From a virus, in IMG/VR virus record IMGVR_UViG_3300012665_001507: a stretch of 64,000 nt of DNA; one strand, written 5' to 3'. Made by a program: the position numbers and the translations under genes. The first letter of the stretch is position 1. The number at the start of each line of letters is the position of its first letter. The notes beneath the pieces were generated by a model that ran no database searches, had not been told where the DNA came from, and saw only the letters and a list, made by a program, of their open reading frames with translations. Shown piece after piece: positions 35,151-45,258 of the stretch.

Positions 35151-36226
35151 TCTATAACGATGTTATTTAAACAATCGTAATCAAAACCACTAGGTGTCAT
35201 ACCGTAATACAGGAGACCAGCTGAATTATTAACAACATTAGTTCTGGTATATGTTATGTCAGCACCACTACTAATACTACTTGTAACATTAATTTCATAA
35301 TCATCAGAAATTGGTGCTATTAGATAAAAACCACATTTACTCTCGCCAGTAACAAATGTGTTGGTGTTTAACGCTATTTGTGCGGTGTATTCAATTAACC
35401 CTAATGTTGTAAACATATCATTCATCATATCAACCATGTTGGTGTACGTAATACCAGTCACTGAACCAGATGTGCACCCAGAAACAATGTTGTTGTTTGC
35501 TGGTATCCAATTCACAGTATTAGGGTCTATTGTTGTTGTAAAAGGTGTAGTCAATTGTTCAACACCATTTATCAAAAAACTATTTACCGATATTGTCGTT
35601 GCGTTTACAGATGGATAAAAACCACATTCTGTCAAAGTATTTATAAACTCTGGACTTTCTACCATATTGTAAAAACCACATGTCTTATTAAGAAAAGGAA
35701 ACGTAATTGTATCTAAAGTCCCACAAATAACTTGACCATCTTTACAGATTACTGCCATACCAATATCCAAAATAGTACTTAAATAACTTGCAGCAGTTGT
35801 TCGGCTATATTGTGATAAAACATCAGCTACAATACAAAGACTACCTTCACCATCAAATGTTGAGTATTCAAAAACATCAATTTCATCACACCCAATCACC
35901 GAATTTAAACTATCAGTAACACACGAATTAAAATTGGTACAACATGTACCAGTTGTTGGTACATCATTTGTTATCATATCAAAATATGTTTGTAGTGATG
36001 ATTTATAGTTAAAGCAACAAGACTTATCAAACCCACACATAGATGCGTAGTATCTAAAAAATTGTCCAGGTGTTGTCAAAATATAAACACCATCACAATC
36101 TGGGCAACAATATACTGATGTACTACCAGTAAATCCACTAACCATAGCGTCATTAAATAACGCACCGTTATTAACAGCATTGGTTATTTTTATCATGTAA
36201 GCTTCTATTGGGTTAATACACGCCAT
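35147..36226 (-). CDS. Cys-rich putative virion protein
   Basis: CCPDC...CCFNY...CKDG domain shared with the C-terminus of the upstream gene. Confidence 0.65.
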   Translation of the reverse strand: MACINPIEAYMIKITNAVNNGALFNDAMVSGFTGSTSVYCCPDCDGVYILTTPGQFFRYYASMCGFDKSCCFNYKSSLQTYFDMITNDVPTTGTCCTNFNSCVTDSLNSVIGCDEIDVFEYSTFDGEGSLCIVADVLSQYSRTTAASYLSTILDIGMAVICKDGQVICGTLDTITFPFLNKTCGFYNMVESPEFINTLTECGFYPSVNATTISVNSFLINGVEQLTTPFTTTIDPNTVNWIPANNNIVSGCTSGSVTGITYTNMVDMMNDMFTTLGLIEYTAQIALNTNTFVTGESKCGFYLIAPISDDYEINVTSSISSGADITYTRTNVVNNSAGLLYYGMTPSGFDYDCLNNIVIE

Positions 36227-36237
36227 TTTTTTAATTA

Positions 36238-39200
36238 TTATAAACCACCATTTAATATGATGTAATTTGTTATACTCATAAATCTAATAGTACCATCTTT
36301 ACATGTTATTACTAAACCATTATCTAATAAAGTTGACATAAAATCGTAGACTTGATTAGAATCTAAACCAGATAATTCGTTAACGATTGTTGATAAACCG
36401 CTAGAACCATTTATTGTTGATTGTTCCATGATACCTAGATTTAATATTTCAGAATAATCACTAGTTTTTGTTTCTAATAAGTCTAAACCAGTAACAAACG
36501 TTGTTCCAGTACAACCAGTACCAACATTGTAACCATTATGAATTTCATTTGTTGGTAATATTGAAGGGACATATAATTCTAAATCTTCTAATCTATTATC
36601 ATCTACGCCATAATTAAAACAACATGGGTTATCACCTCCAAAAATGCCCAAATATTCTAGATATTTATCTGTTGAACCGATAACATAATCATTACAGTCT
36701 GGACAACAATAGTCGCAATTTGGTAAGAATAATCCTTCATTTAATAAATCAAATAAATTATCACATTCTACAACTCTTTCAATAAAATATTTTAATGGGT
36801 CAATACCACACTCAACTGGTGGTGGTGGCACTGTAGGGTCACATAAATTCGCATATGGTTGTTGAATACCCGTACCATCATCTATACTAACTGTACCAAT
36901 AAATTCAGAACCCCAGTTCATTTGTGCAATACAAATTTTATCTGAATGGTTATAAATTGGTTTTAGTTTTAATTCACCTTCTTTCGGTACTGAAATAACG
37001 GTTGTCATCACATCAACTGTTTGACATTGACCAGAAATACCATTTATTGGGCTTAATACATTTAAGCATTGGAATGGATTACCACCAAATAACGAAGAAT
37101 ATTCTTTGTATTTGAACTTTTGTTGGTCAAATATCGTGTTAGTATAAATCTTAACACTACCCCAAATTGTTGTAGCTGGAATTACTTGTTCAATAATATC
37201 CACCCAATAATCACCAATAAGATTAGCAAACTCATCCATTGTATAGTAATTAAACGCAGAACTTTTTGTTCCACAATAATTTAAACTATTTAGATATCTT
37301 TCATACAACGCTTTAAGTGTTGGATATCCAGATATTGTTTTTCTGTTTTTAACATTGATAAGTTCTGAAACCAACAAGTTTTTAAAATTATCAATCGTTT
37401 TAATAGTTGATAAATCAGTCGTAAACAAACTATTAAAATCTATTTTGTTATCACCACAACAATATGACTGAGAAAATAACTGTACATTATTTGAAGCGTT
37501 ATCCATGAAATCATAAACGTTTAAATCTTGAAAAACAAAACATTCATCATCTTGATAGTTTTTATCACCACATGCAATGCATGGGTCACAATATGTTACT
37601 CCAGTTAATAAACATGGGTTATCTAATAAATAACACCAAACGTCATATTCCACCGCAGAAGCGATATTGATATCTAAATCAATTTCTTTGGTATTGATTA
37701 CCAATCTTTCATCAAATACATCGTAATCAGTTTGTCTAATAGCATTAAAACCGTTAACGTGTTTAATATCAAATTCTCTATTTACTAATGAGGTGTTGTT
37801 CAACCATGATTTTTTATTATCGACAATTCTTGTTAGATTAAATCCTGGTGATTGGCTTACAAATAAACTAGTACTATCAACATCAACACATTGTTTTGTT
37901 AATGCAATACTATCAATCAATACACAAAAATCACCACAACTATTTTTAATATTAAGACTTAATTTAATCTTTTTATTAGCAATCATATTGATAACATCAA
38001 CATCATCAATCAATGTTGTATAATGTGACCACGCAGACGACAATATTGTTGGTGCTAGTGAGTTATTAAAAGTTGTTTGACCATTGGTTTGACTTGCCAA
38101 ATCTGATTGGTTAAATAATGTTTGTAAAATATAATCTCTAATCTTTAAACACGCAGAAACATTCATTTCATCAACATTATTGGTTTCTGTTTGTGTTTGA
38201 GGAGATAACTCTGGATAACTTAATGGTGTACAACCACTTGCCCAAGATTCATTTGCACTAGGTTCACCACAAACAAAGAATCCACTGTTAGTTGGGTGAG
38301 AGACTAAATAATTATATAAATTGCCAGTACCGATAGATGGGAAAAAATTATATTCATAAGCCGTTGTTAAATCACCATTAGCTTCAACAACATCAATACT
38401 CATAGATACACTTAAATTTTCTAACACAGCAATTGGTGAATCACAGCCACTAAGTAAAGCTTGTTGTTGTGATAATAGACTATCCAATTCTGATTTTAAA
38501 CCTGTTAATATTTTTTCACAATTAGCTTGTTCGATGATAACTGTATCTATTTCGTTTTTAATTCCTGTTTTGGTACCAAATGGTGTTTTACAATCCACAA
38601 TAAGTGGTTCAACTTTCTTAGCAATAGATAACAGTTCTTGGTTTTGGTTATAAATGTTAATAACCTCAGCACACGTATATGATAACGGGTCACCATTCAA
38701 AAATGCTTGGTATCTATTAGTGCCTAAAATATTTTGCCAAACGGTAATACCATCAGTTGTTAAACAAAAATTAACACTAATATATTTTATTTTAGGAAAC
38801 GAAAATGGGGCTAAACCTCCATTAAAACCAGTTCTGGTGAAAGGTTCTTTTTGTGTTTGTGTTGGTTTTATTGTATCAGTTGGTAATGGTTCACGTGGTT
38901 CAACAGCTGCATCTTGACCGATAACTACTACTGGTGGTGTTGCTGGAAAATTATCACATGTTATCGAATAACTAGTCTTGTTGTATTGGTCTAATAAATA
39001 GTTCAAGTGTGTTGTTATTTCTTCACACTTTACCGTTTGTTCAGCAATCTGTTCTTCTAACTTAATAATTTGACTATGCAACGCTGGGTCAGCAAAACTA
39101 GTTTGTGACAAAGTTTCACTAAGTTTTTCACAATCTAATTTGAACAAATAGTCGAAGTCAACAACCAAAGAACATTTTTCGTTGTCTTGAAAATAAAAAA

Positions 39201-39507
39201 TAGTTCCATCATTACCTTTAGGGTTCAACACAATTTTAAATGGTTGATTATCTGCACAATCTATGCTAGATTTGTCAGACCATCTACATTTTTGAGCGTC
39301 TAAATCATAATAGTATGGTTCGCCTGTGATTTCAGCCAAAACATTACAACATTGTTGTGAAACTTGTGCTGGTGATGAAATACCGTTACTATTAGAGATG
39401 TACACAGATATTGTACCGTCTGGATTTTTAACCAAACCGTTTTGTGCTGTTACTTCACTCCAAAATTTCCTACACCCTTTGATTATGTCTGCTAGGTTTA
39501 TTCCCAT
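36238..39507 (-). CDS. Large Cys-rich putative virion/baseplate protein
   Basis: 1089 aa in the structural block; late-like motif TACTTATA 13 nt upstream. Confidence 0.65.
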   Translation of the reverse strand: MGINLADIIKGCRKFWSEVTAQNGLVKNPDGTISVYISNSNGISSPAQVSQQCCNVLAEITGEPYYYDLDAQKCRWSDKSSIDCADNQPFKIVLNPKGNDGTIFYFQDNEKCSLVVDFDYLFKLDCEKLSETLSQTSFADPALHSQIIKLEEQIAEQTVKCEEITTHLNYLLDQYNKTSYSITCDNFPATPPVVVIGQDAAVEPREPLPTDTIKPTQTQKEPFTRTGFNGGLAPFSFPKIKYISVNFCLTTDGITVWQNILGTNRYQAFLNGDPLSYTCAEVINIYNQNQELLSIAKKVEPLIVDCKTPFGTKTGIKNEIDTVIIEQANCEKILTGLKSELDSLLSQQQALLSGCDSPIAVLENLSVSMSIDVVEANGDLTTAYEYNFFPSIGTGNLYNYLVSHPTNSGFFVCGEPSANESWASGCTPLSYPELSPQTQTETNNVDEMNVSACLKIRDYILQTLFNQSDLASQTNGQTTFNNSLAPTILSSAWSHYTTLIDDVDVINMIANKKIKLSLNIKNSCGDFCVLIDSIALTKQCVDVDSTSLFVSQSPGFNLTRIVDNKKSWLNNTSLVNREFDIKHVNGFNAIRQTDYDVFDERLVINTKEIDLDINIASAVEYDVWCYLLDNPCLLTGVTYCDPCIACGDKNYQDDECFVFQDLNVYDFMDNASNNVQLFSQSYCCGDNKIDFNSLFTTDLSTIKTIDNFKNLLVSELINVKNRKTISGYPTLKALYERYLNSLNYCGTKSSAFNYYTMDEFANLIGDYWVDIIEQVIPATTIWGSVKIYTNTIFDQQKFKYKEYSSLFGGNPFQCLNVLSPINGISGQCQTVDVMTTVISVPKEGELKLKPIYNHSDKICIAQMNWGSEFIGTVSIDDGTGIQQPYANLCDPTVPPPPVECGIDPLKYFIERVVECDNLFDLLNEGLFLPNCDYCCPDCNDYVIGSTDKYLEYLGIFGGDNPCCFNYGVDDNRLEDLELYVPSILPTNEIHNGYNVGTGCTGTTFVTGLDLLETKTSDYSEILNLGIMEQSTINGSSGLSTIVNELSGLDSNQVYDFMSTLLDNGLVITCKDGTIRFMSITNYIILNGGL

Positions 39508-39544
39508 TTTTATATTTTATTATAAGTATCCTTTTAATTGTTTA

Positions 39545-42500
39545 TTAACACTCTGGTAGTGTATTAAAATTAATAATATTTGTAACCACACCGTTATTAA
39601 CTTGGATTACATATTTTTGGTTTAATTGTAAACCAGTATTTGTTGTGCTATTAACGATAGTTACATCAATTGAATAATTACCGTTAAGTGTATCATATGG
39701 TGCAGCACCTAAAACATTTGACGTATATAATTGAGTACCCACGACTATCGGTGTGAAACTCCACGGCAATGGTGTAGGCGAACCTAAACTTACTGGTAAG
39801 TTATACAACGGAGATGTAGGGAAAAGTGTTTTACATTTCACAGCTGATGGTGATTCCAAATTAAATGGAAAATCATATGTGTCAGTACCTTTAGTTGCAA
39901 CAACTTTACTTAAAATTCTATATTGAATCGTTGGACTAGTTTTTGTTGGCCAATTAAAATTACAACAATCACCTTTATTAGCTCTGTTTTCAAACAAAGT
40001 TACTAACGTTTGATAGTTTTGTAAACCATATGTCGTTAATTTACAACCAACACCAACTTCGTTGGTAAATGGGTCCACAATATTTGTTACAGGTGTTGTC
40101 CAACCAATTGGACATACTGACGCATCTGGTAAAGCTACTTTTTTAATTCCGACACCATAAAGAGTGGTAAACGATAAAAATGTACCGTTATCTAAATAAG
40201 CTGGTTCTTTATTCAAAAACCAATTACATGATGCACTACAACCACAATCATTTCTAAAACAACAAGCATAACCACTTTCAACATTACCTGTTACTGGGTC
40301 AACAACATCGGTGTAAACTGATGTTCCGTTTAACGCTTTACAACACTCTCTATCAGTAAAAATAGATTGTCTAATAACATTTTGACCATTTAAAACATAA
40401 TTACTACCATCTTTATTATATTGATAATACTCGAACACATAATAACAGTATCTAAATCTTGTTTTGGTGCAAATCCTAAGGTTACTACAAGGTTTTGCTT
40501 GTGGTTTTTCTATTTTTTCAACACAAATACTTAAAGCATCATCACCAAAACCACACGGACAACCACATGCGTTTAAAACTTCTTGGGGTAATGGGTCGTT
40601 TACTATTTCAGCTGTATAAACAATACAATCACTTAAGTTTGTACCATCAGAATTAACAACATCAACATATGTATCACCAGTATAATCAGTGATTTGACCT
40701 AAGTCATAGTTTATAAATAAATTTGTTGACCCACTAGCCACTGTTTCACCTGTAATTGTTACAGCTGAGAAACTAGGGATAAGTGTTCTTAATTGGTTAA
40801 TGTATTTATTACCACCATCATATGGTCCAACATGCGGGTTGTTACCTGTTAAAATATCTATTGTTGCACCACTACCACCAGTTTCTCTGTACCAAAGACC
40901 ATCAGCTTGAAAATACATATCTGGATTGTCTTCAAAGAATCTAGGGTAACCATCACTATCGATTGGATATAAATTCAAGTTAGTGTCTAAATCGTTTAAA
41001 CTTAACAATGTTTGAAATAATTCAAGGTCAATAGGTCCATCAGCCAAATAAATATACTCATTAAATTCGATAAGACCTTTTGGTGTACCAATAAAATTAA
41101 GTAAAAATTCAATTGATTTTCTAGCACCTTTAGATTTCCATATCCATGGTGAGTTTAAAATTATTCTTCGCCACATTTCAACATCTGCCTCGACAGGTGT
41201 TAAGCCAACTTCTTGACCAGCATATGTTGATTTTGAAGTATTAACGTAGTTTTTTAAAAGGTTATTTTCTAAAATAGATGAGACCAAATCCCAACCCAAA
41301 ACACCAGCTAAATCTTTTAAGAATTTATCTGGCATGTTATCTTGTTTGTTATATGTAACAACGTTTGCAAATGAAATACTAGTAATAAATGTGTTTATTT
41401 CATCGTAAGAAATACCATAAATATTTAATACTTTGTTAACTTTTTGACCAGAAGTGTCCATGTGTTCTTCAGCCAAATGAACAGGTGTCGTATCAAAATC
41501 AGAAATTGATTCTGAGACTAAAAATCTGTTCATTAAATTACTGTTGGTTAAATCACTGTTATTGGCTATGTTTAGTAATCCAGTAGCATAAGTAATATAC
41601 TCACCGCTATCAAAATCAATATTATAACCGTCAGAAACTGGCCATGTTATATTTTTGTCAACGTATAAAATAATACCATCATCTGAAATTATTGGTGAAT
41701 TAAAAGTAGCTCTATATTTTGGAAAAGTTTGTCTATTTAATAAATAACTTTCAAAATTATTTAACCCATTGAAAAATAAATTTTCATTTATTTTATTAGG
41801 TTTAATATGGTAATTAATTGTTGTTGGTTGACCAGAAAATACTGGACCTTTAACTTCAAAATAGATATAATCATTTGTTAAATCAGTTGAACCAGTAAAA
41901 CCTATAACACTATATTCTGTGTTGTCTCTTAAAATGACATATGATTTATAATTAACCGTTAAGTTTCTCATATCATTTCCTTCATTAAAAGTGTCAGCAA
42001 TTGTACCGTTTTTTAAATAATTTATATTAAATTTGTTATCTATTAACGTTGTGTTAACACTAAATGTTGAAGTGTCAGAAATTATATCATAACTATAATT
42101 AGTGTAAGTATCCTCAATAATAGATACACCTATGTTGTTAGTGGTAAATGGAGATAAAAATAATGACGCTGGCCATTTAGTGATTATGTCTTCTAAATTA
42201 ACACGAACAAATTCGGTTAAAGAACCAAACATAGCGTAATACTTTAATTTACTTTTGTCTAAATTAAGTATCACACCAGCATTATCTTTTAAAAGAGCTT
42301 GTGTTTCTTCAACAGTTAAAACTAAAGTATCAAGTGAATAATATTCAGAAAATTTACCAGAATTGTAAGACTTATCTTTTTTGGGGTCCATGTTGGTGGT
42401 GATGGAAAAATTACCCATAGTAAATAAAGGCGTACCACCTTCACTTGTCAGTTGGACACCAACTAAATCTGGGCTAAAATTTCTATACTCTATGTTACCA

Positions 42501-42550
42501 TTGTAGATTTCTTTTTTTACATAGCCAGCTACTTTAATGTTATCACTCAT
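39545..42550 (-). CDS. Large putative baseplate protein with a Cys-rich C-terminus
   Basis: 1001 aa; LAGVLGW and WRRIILNSPWIWKSKGARKSIE resemble baseplate wedge/P2 gpI-like segments. Confidence 0.6.
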   Translation of the reverse strand: MSDNIKVAGYVKKEIYNGNIEYRNFSPDLVGVQLTSEGGTPLFTMGNFSITTNMDPKKDKSYNSGKFSEYYSLDTLVLTVEETQALLKDNAGVILNLDKSKLKYYAMFGSLTEFVRVNLEDIITKWPASLFLSPFTTNNIGVSIIEDTYTNYSYDIISDTSTFSVNTTLIDNKFNINYLKNGTIADTFNEGNDMRNLTVNYKSYVILRDNTEYSVIGFTGSTDLTNDYIYFEVKGPVFSGQPTTINYHIKPNKINENLFFNGLNNFESYLLNRQTFPKYRATFNSPIISDDGIILYVDKNITWPVSDGYNIDFDSGEYITYATGLLNIANNSDLTNSNLMNRFLVSESISDFDTTPVHLAEEHMDTSGQKVNKVLNIYGISYDEINTFITSISFANVVTYNKQDNMPDKFLKDLAGVLGWDLVSSILENNLLKNYVNTSKSTYAGQEVGLTPVEADVEMWRRIILNSPWIWKSKGARKSIEFLLNFIGTPKGLIEFNEYIYLADGPIDLELFQTLLSLNDLDTNLNLYPIDSDGYPRFFEDNPDMYFQADGLWYRETGGSGATIDILTGNNPHVGPYDGGNKYINQLRTLIPSFSAVTITGETVASGSTNLFINYDLGQITDYTGDTYVDVVNSDGTNLSDCIVYTAEIVNDPLPQEVLNACGCPCGFGDDALSICVEKIEKPQAKPCSNLRICTKTRFRYCYYVFEYYQYNKDGSNYVLNGQNVIRQSIFTDRECCKALNGTSVYTDVVDPVTGNVESGYACCFRNDCGCSASCNWFLNKEPAYLDNGTFLSFTTLYGVGIKKVALPDASVCPIGWTTPVTNIVDPFTNEVGVGCKLTTYGLQNYQTLVTLFENRANKGDCCNFNWPTKTSPTIQYRILSKVVATKGTDTYDFPFNLESPSAVKCKTLFPTSPLYNLPVSLGSPTPLPWSFTPIVVGTQLYTSNVLGAAPYDTLNGNYSIDVTIVNSTTNTGLQLNQKYVIQVNNGVVTNIINFNTLPEC

Positions 42551-42558
42551 TTTTTATC

Positions 42559-43482
42559 TTAGATTGTTGTTATATTATTGAATGTTTTGTTGAAATCGAT
42601 ACTAGCTCTTTCTTCTCTAACCTCGAACAATGGTTTACCTGTAAATTTATCTTTAATTTCATACAAGTTGTATTGTTTGTAAATGTCATTGTTAAAGTTG
42701 TAGATAGTGTAAATACCGTCTTCAAGACTTTTTGTTTGATTACCAAACAACGCAAATGCAAGTGTTTCAACATCATGTTGAACCATTTCAACCTCAATCA
42801 TGATTGGATTGAAGTACGTGTTTGTGATTATCACCTGTTGGTTTGGTTGACCAATAAATGGCAACGCATTAGGTTTAACATTTGATGCAGAAGCTGGTGA
42901 CACAGTACAAAATGTAAGTGTTGAGTTATCGTTAAACCTGTAACGAATAGCTTTTTGATTTGAGTTAGTAAGGTTTTGATTTACTGGTTCAGCTCTATTA
43001 TTAGATGTAATAACTCTAAAAAAATTATTTAACTTTGCATCAGCGGCTGTTGTGTTAGTGTTTAAGTATTCAACTCTGTAACCAACTAAACCATCATTTT
43101 CAAATCTATTTAAAAATTGTGCTGGGATGTTTGACATATCAAAAACTAACCCTTTAATATCTGGGTATGCTGATAAAACACCAACATCAACAATACTTGT
43201 TCTAATTTCAATCGGTTTGATTATTATAGTGTAAAAACCTTTCGCACCAAATGTTGCCACTGGTAATTTAAGAGTGTACATACCACCAAAAACTTCAAAA
43301 CCAGTCACGTTTGATTGGCTTTTATTTGGGTTATCTATTTTAATTAAAACCTGTGTTGGGTCTAATTTAGTTAATGTTGTATCACCAATAGTATCTCTAG
43401 ATGGGGTAAAATGATAAAAAATCTCTACATCATCTGGTGAAATATCTGCTGGTCTTACTATTCCGTATGTTCCTGTTGCCAT
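42559..43482 (-). CDS. Putative virion structural protein
   Basis: 307 aa beta-rich ORF in the tail block. Confidence 0.6.
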   Translation of the reverse strand: MATGTYGIVRPADISPDDVEIFYHFTPSRDTIGDTTLTKLDPTQVLIKIDNPNKSQSNVTGFEVFGGMYTLKLPVATFGAKGFYTIIIKPIEIRTSIVDVGVLSAYPDIKGLVFDMSNIPAQFLNRFENDGLVGYRVEYLNTNTTAADAKLNNFFRVITSNNRAEPVNQNLTNSNQKAIRYRFNDNSTLTFCTVSPASASNVKPNALPFIGQPNQQVIITNTYFNPIMIEVEMVQHDVETLAFALFGNQTKSLEDGIYTIYNFNNDIYKQYNLYEIKDKFTGKPLFEVREERASIDFNKTFNNITTI

Positions 43483-43531
43483 TCTTTTTGTTTTTATTTA
43501 ATATAATCTTTTTTTTAAAAAAGTATAATTT

Positions 43532-44404
43532 TTATTGTTTATTTATTTTATAAAATCCGTTTCCATATCTTGTTAATTCAGAAATATTACCAATTTCTGA
43601 AAGTCTTAGATGCATATCTAGCACACTAGTAGCACCTCTATCTATAAATACATCGCTTTGTACTTCTGGTGGAGAAATTATACCAAATAAATATTCTTCT
43701 TTGGTTAAAGCCGATAACGATACATTTGTTTCGTTCCAACCCTCACCAATAAATCTAAATGAAGTTATTGGTATTATCGTGTCAACACCGTTAATCATTA
43801 AGGTTGTTGTGCCACTGTAATCTTTATATTGGATACCAGTTGTTTGTGTGTTTGTACCTAAATTAACGTTATTTTCCGTATCAAAAACATAAATCTTAGG
43901 TTCACCCATTGATTTAATTCTATCAACACCCATTACGGTTAAATTATTATAATTCACATACGTTTCTGTTGCCGTATTAAAGTTTATTCTAAATTGGTCG
44001 GTTGATTTATATGATTTAACATCTTCAATCTTACTATCAGTGTTACCAGTAATTGGTAAATTACCAAAAACATAATAATCAGATTCTGTTGAATTTGGTA
44101 ATCTAAGTGTTATCTTATCCGTACCACCAACATTCGTTAATGTTTGAGGCATTGCACCAGTCATAAACGGGAAAGTATAACCTAACGTATTTAGTTTAGA
44201 AACCAAAACACCATAATCAACAACGCTATGTGCTTTGTCATTTTTGATAAATTCCGAATCGATAAATAACCCCATATCATCAACATTTTGGGTTAATAAA
44301 ACATTCAAATAAAAAGTAGAAGCAGTAATAGTTCCCCATTTGGCACTACCATTACTTCTATCTATACTATCTTCTAGTAATATTTTTCTTTTAATTATCT
44401 CCAT
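43532..44404 (-). CDS. Putative virion structural protein
   Basis: Start re-called to MEIIKRK at 44404 (TAATG coupling). Confidence 0.6.
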   Translation of the reverse strand: MEIIKRKILLEDSIDRSNGSAKWGTITASTFYLNVLLTQNVDDMGLFIDSEFIKNDKAHSVVDYGVLVSKLNTLGYTFPFMTGAMPQTLTNVGGTDKITLRLPNSTESDYYVFGNLPITGNTDSKIEDVKSYKSTDQFRINFNTATETYVNYNNLTVMGVDRIKSMGEPKIYVFDTENNVNLGTNTQTTGIQYKDYSGTTTLMINGVDTIIPITSFRFIGEGWNETNVSLSALTKEEYLFGIISPPEVQSDVFIDRGATSVLDMHLRLSEIGNISELTRYGNGFYKINKQ

Positions 44405-45258
44405 TAGGTTGCTTTTATTTGATACAATGTAACCTTGCATGTGTTACTATTGTAAATAACGTTATTAGGGCCACTAATACCTGTGTTACCATGGTATGTG
44501 TTATCTATTTCATAATAATACCCTGTAAGTGTTCTAGTCATCTTATATCTTGTATATAGTTCGTGAACCAACTTATCGATTGGTTGAGCAATATTTTTAA
44601 CCATAAGATTTACCGATTTACCAGTTTTAGCGTTTTTAAAAGTAGCCCTCATGTAGATATATTTTGATTCACCAATATCTAAACTATCTTTGTAATCATA
44701 TAAATGGAAACCTTCAGCAAAACCTCTAGGGTTAAGCAAAGGATTTTCCACAACAAAATTTACTGGAATTTGAGAAACATCTACTGGTTGGCCAGGTATT
44801 CCATTTGTTGCTGAAATTGGTAAATAATCGGTTGAGTTTAAATTAGCGTAAAGCGTTAAAAACGTAACTAGTTTTTGTGTCAAAGGATTATCACTATCGT
44901 AAAAAGATAGGTTCAAAAATGTTTGCTTAAAACTATTTTTTCTAAATTTTATATCATCGTTATCAAACCCAATAAGACCATAATAATCAACATAATTATT
45001 TGACGCATTAAATAATTTAATATCATAAATTATCTTATCAACATGATTATTTTGTAAATCCAAAGGTAAAAACCTAACCCTATCATAATCCAATATTGGG
45101 TTAATTGCGTTTTCTATTTCAGTTTGAACAAAAACTCGTTCAATAAGTTCAGCATTGTCTACAGTTTGAAAATCCATGTCAATAGGAAAACTAATAGTAG
45201 TAGCAGTTGCACCACTAGGTAGTGTTGATAGGTTTATTTGGAATTTATTAACAAACAT
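44404..45258 (-). CDS. Putative virion structural protein
   Basis: 284 aa coupled ORF. Confidence 0.6.
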   Translation of the reverse strand: MFVNKFQINLSTLPSGATATTISFPIDMDFQTVDNAELIERVFVQTEIENAINPILDYDRVRFLPLDLQNNHVDKIIYDIKLFNASNNYVDYYGLIGFDNDDIKFRKNSFKQTFLNLSFYDSDNPLTQKLVTFLTLYANLNSTDYLPISATNGIPGQPVDVSQIPVNFVVENPLLNPRGFAEGFHLYDYKDSLDIGESKYIYMRATFKNAKTGKSVNLMVKNIAQPIDKLVHELYTRYKMTRTLTGYYYEIDNTYHGNTGISGPNNVIYNSNTCKVTLYQIKAT

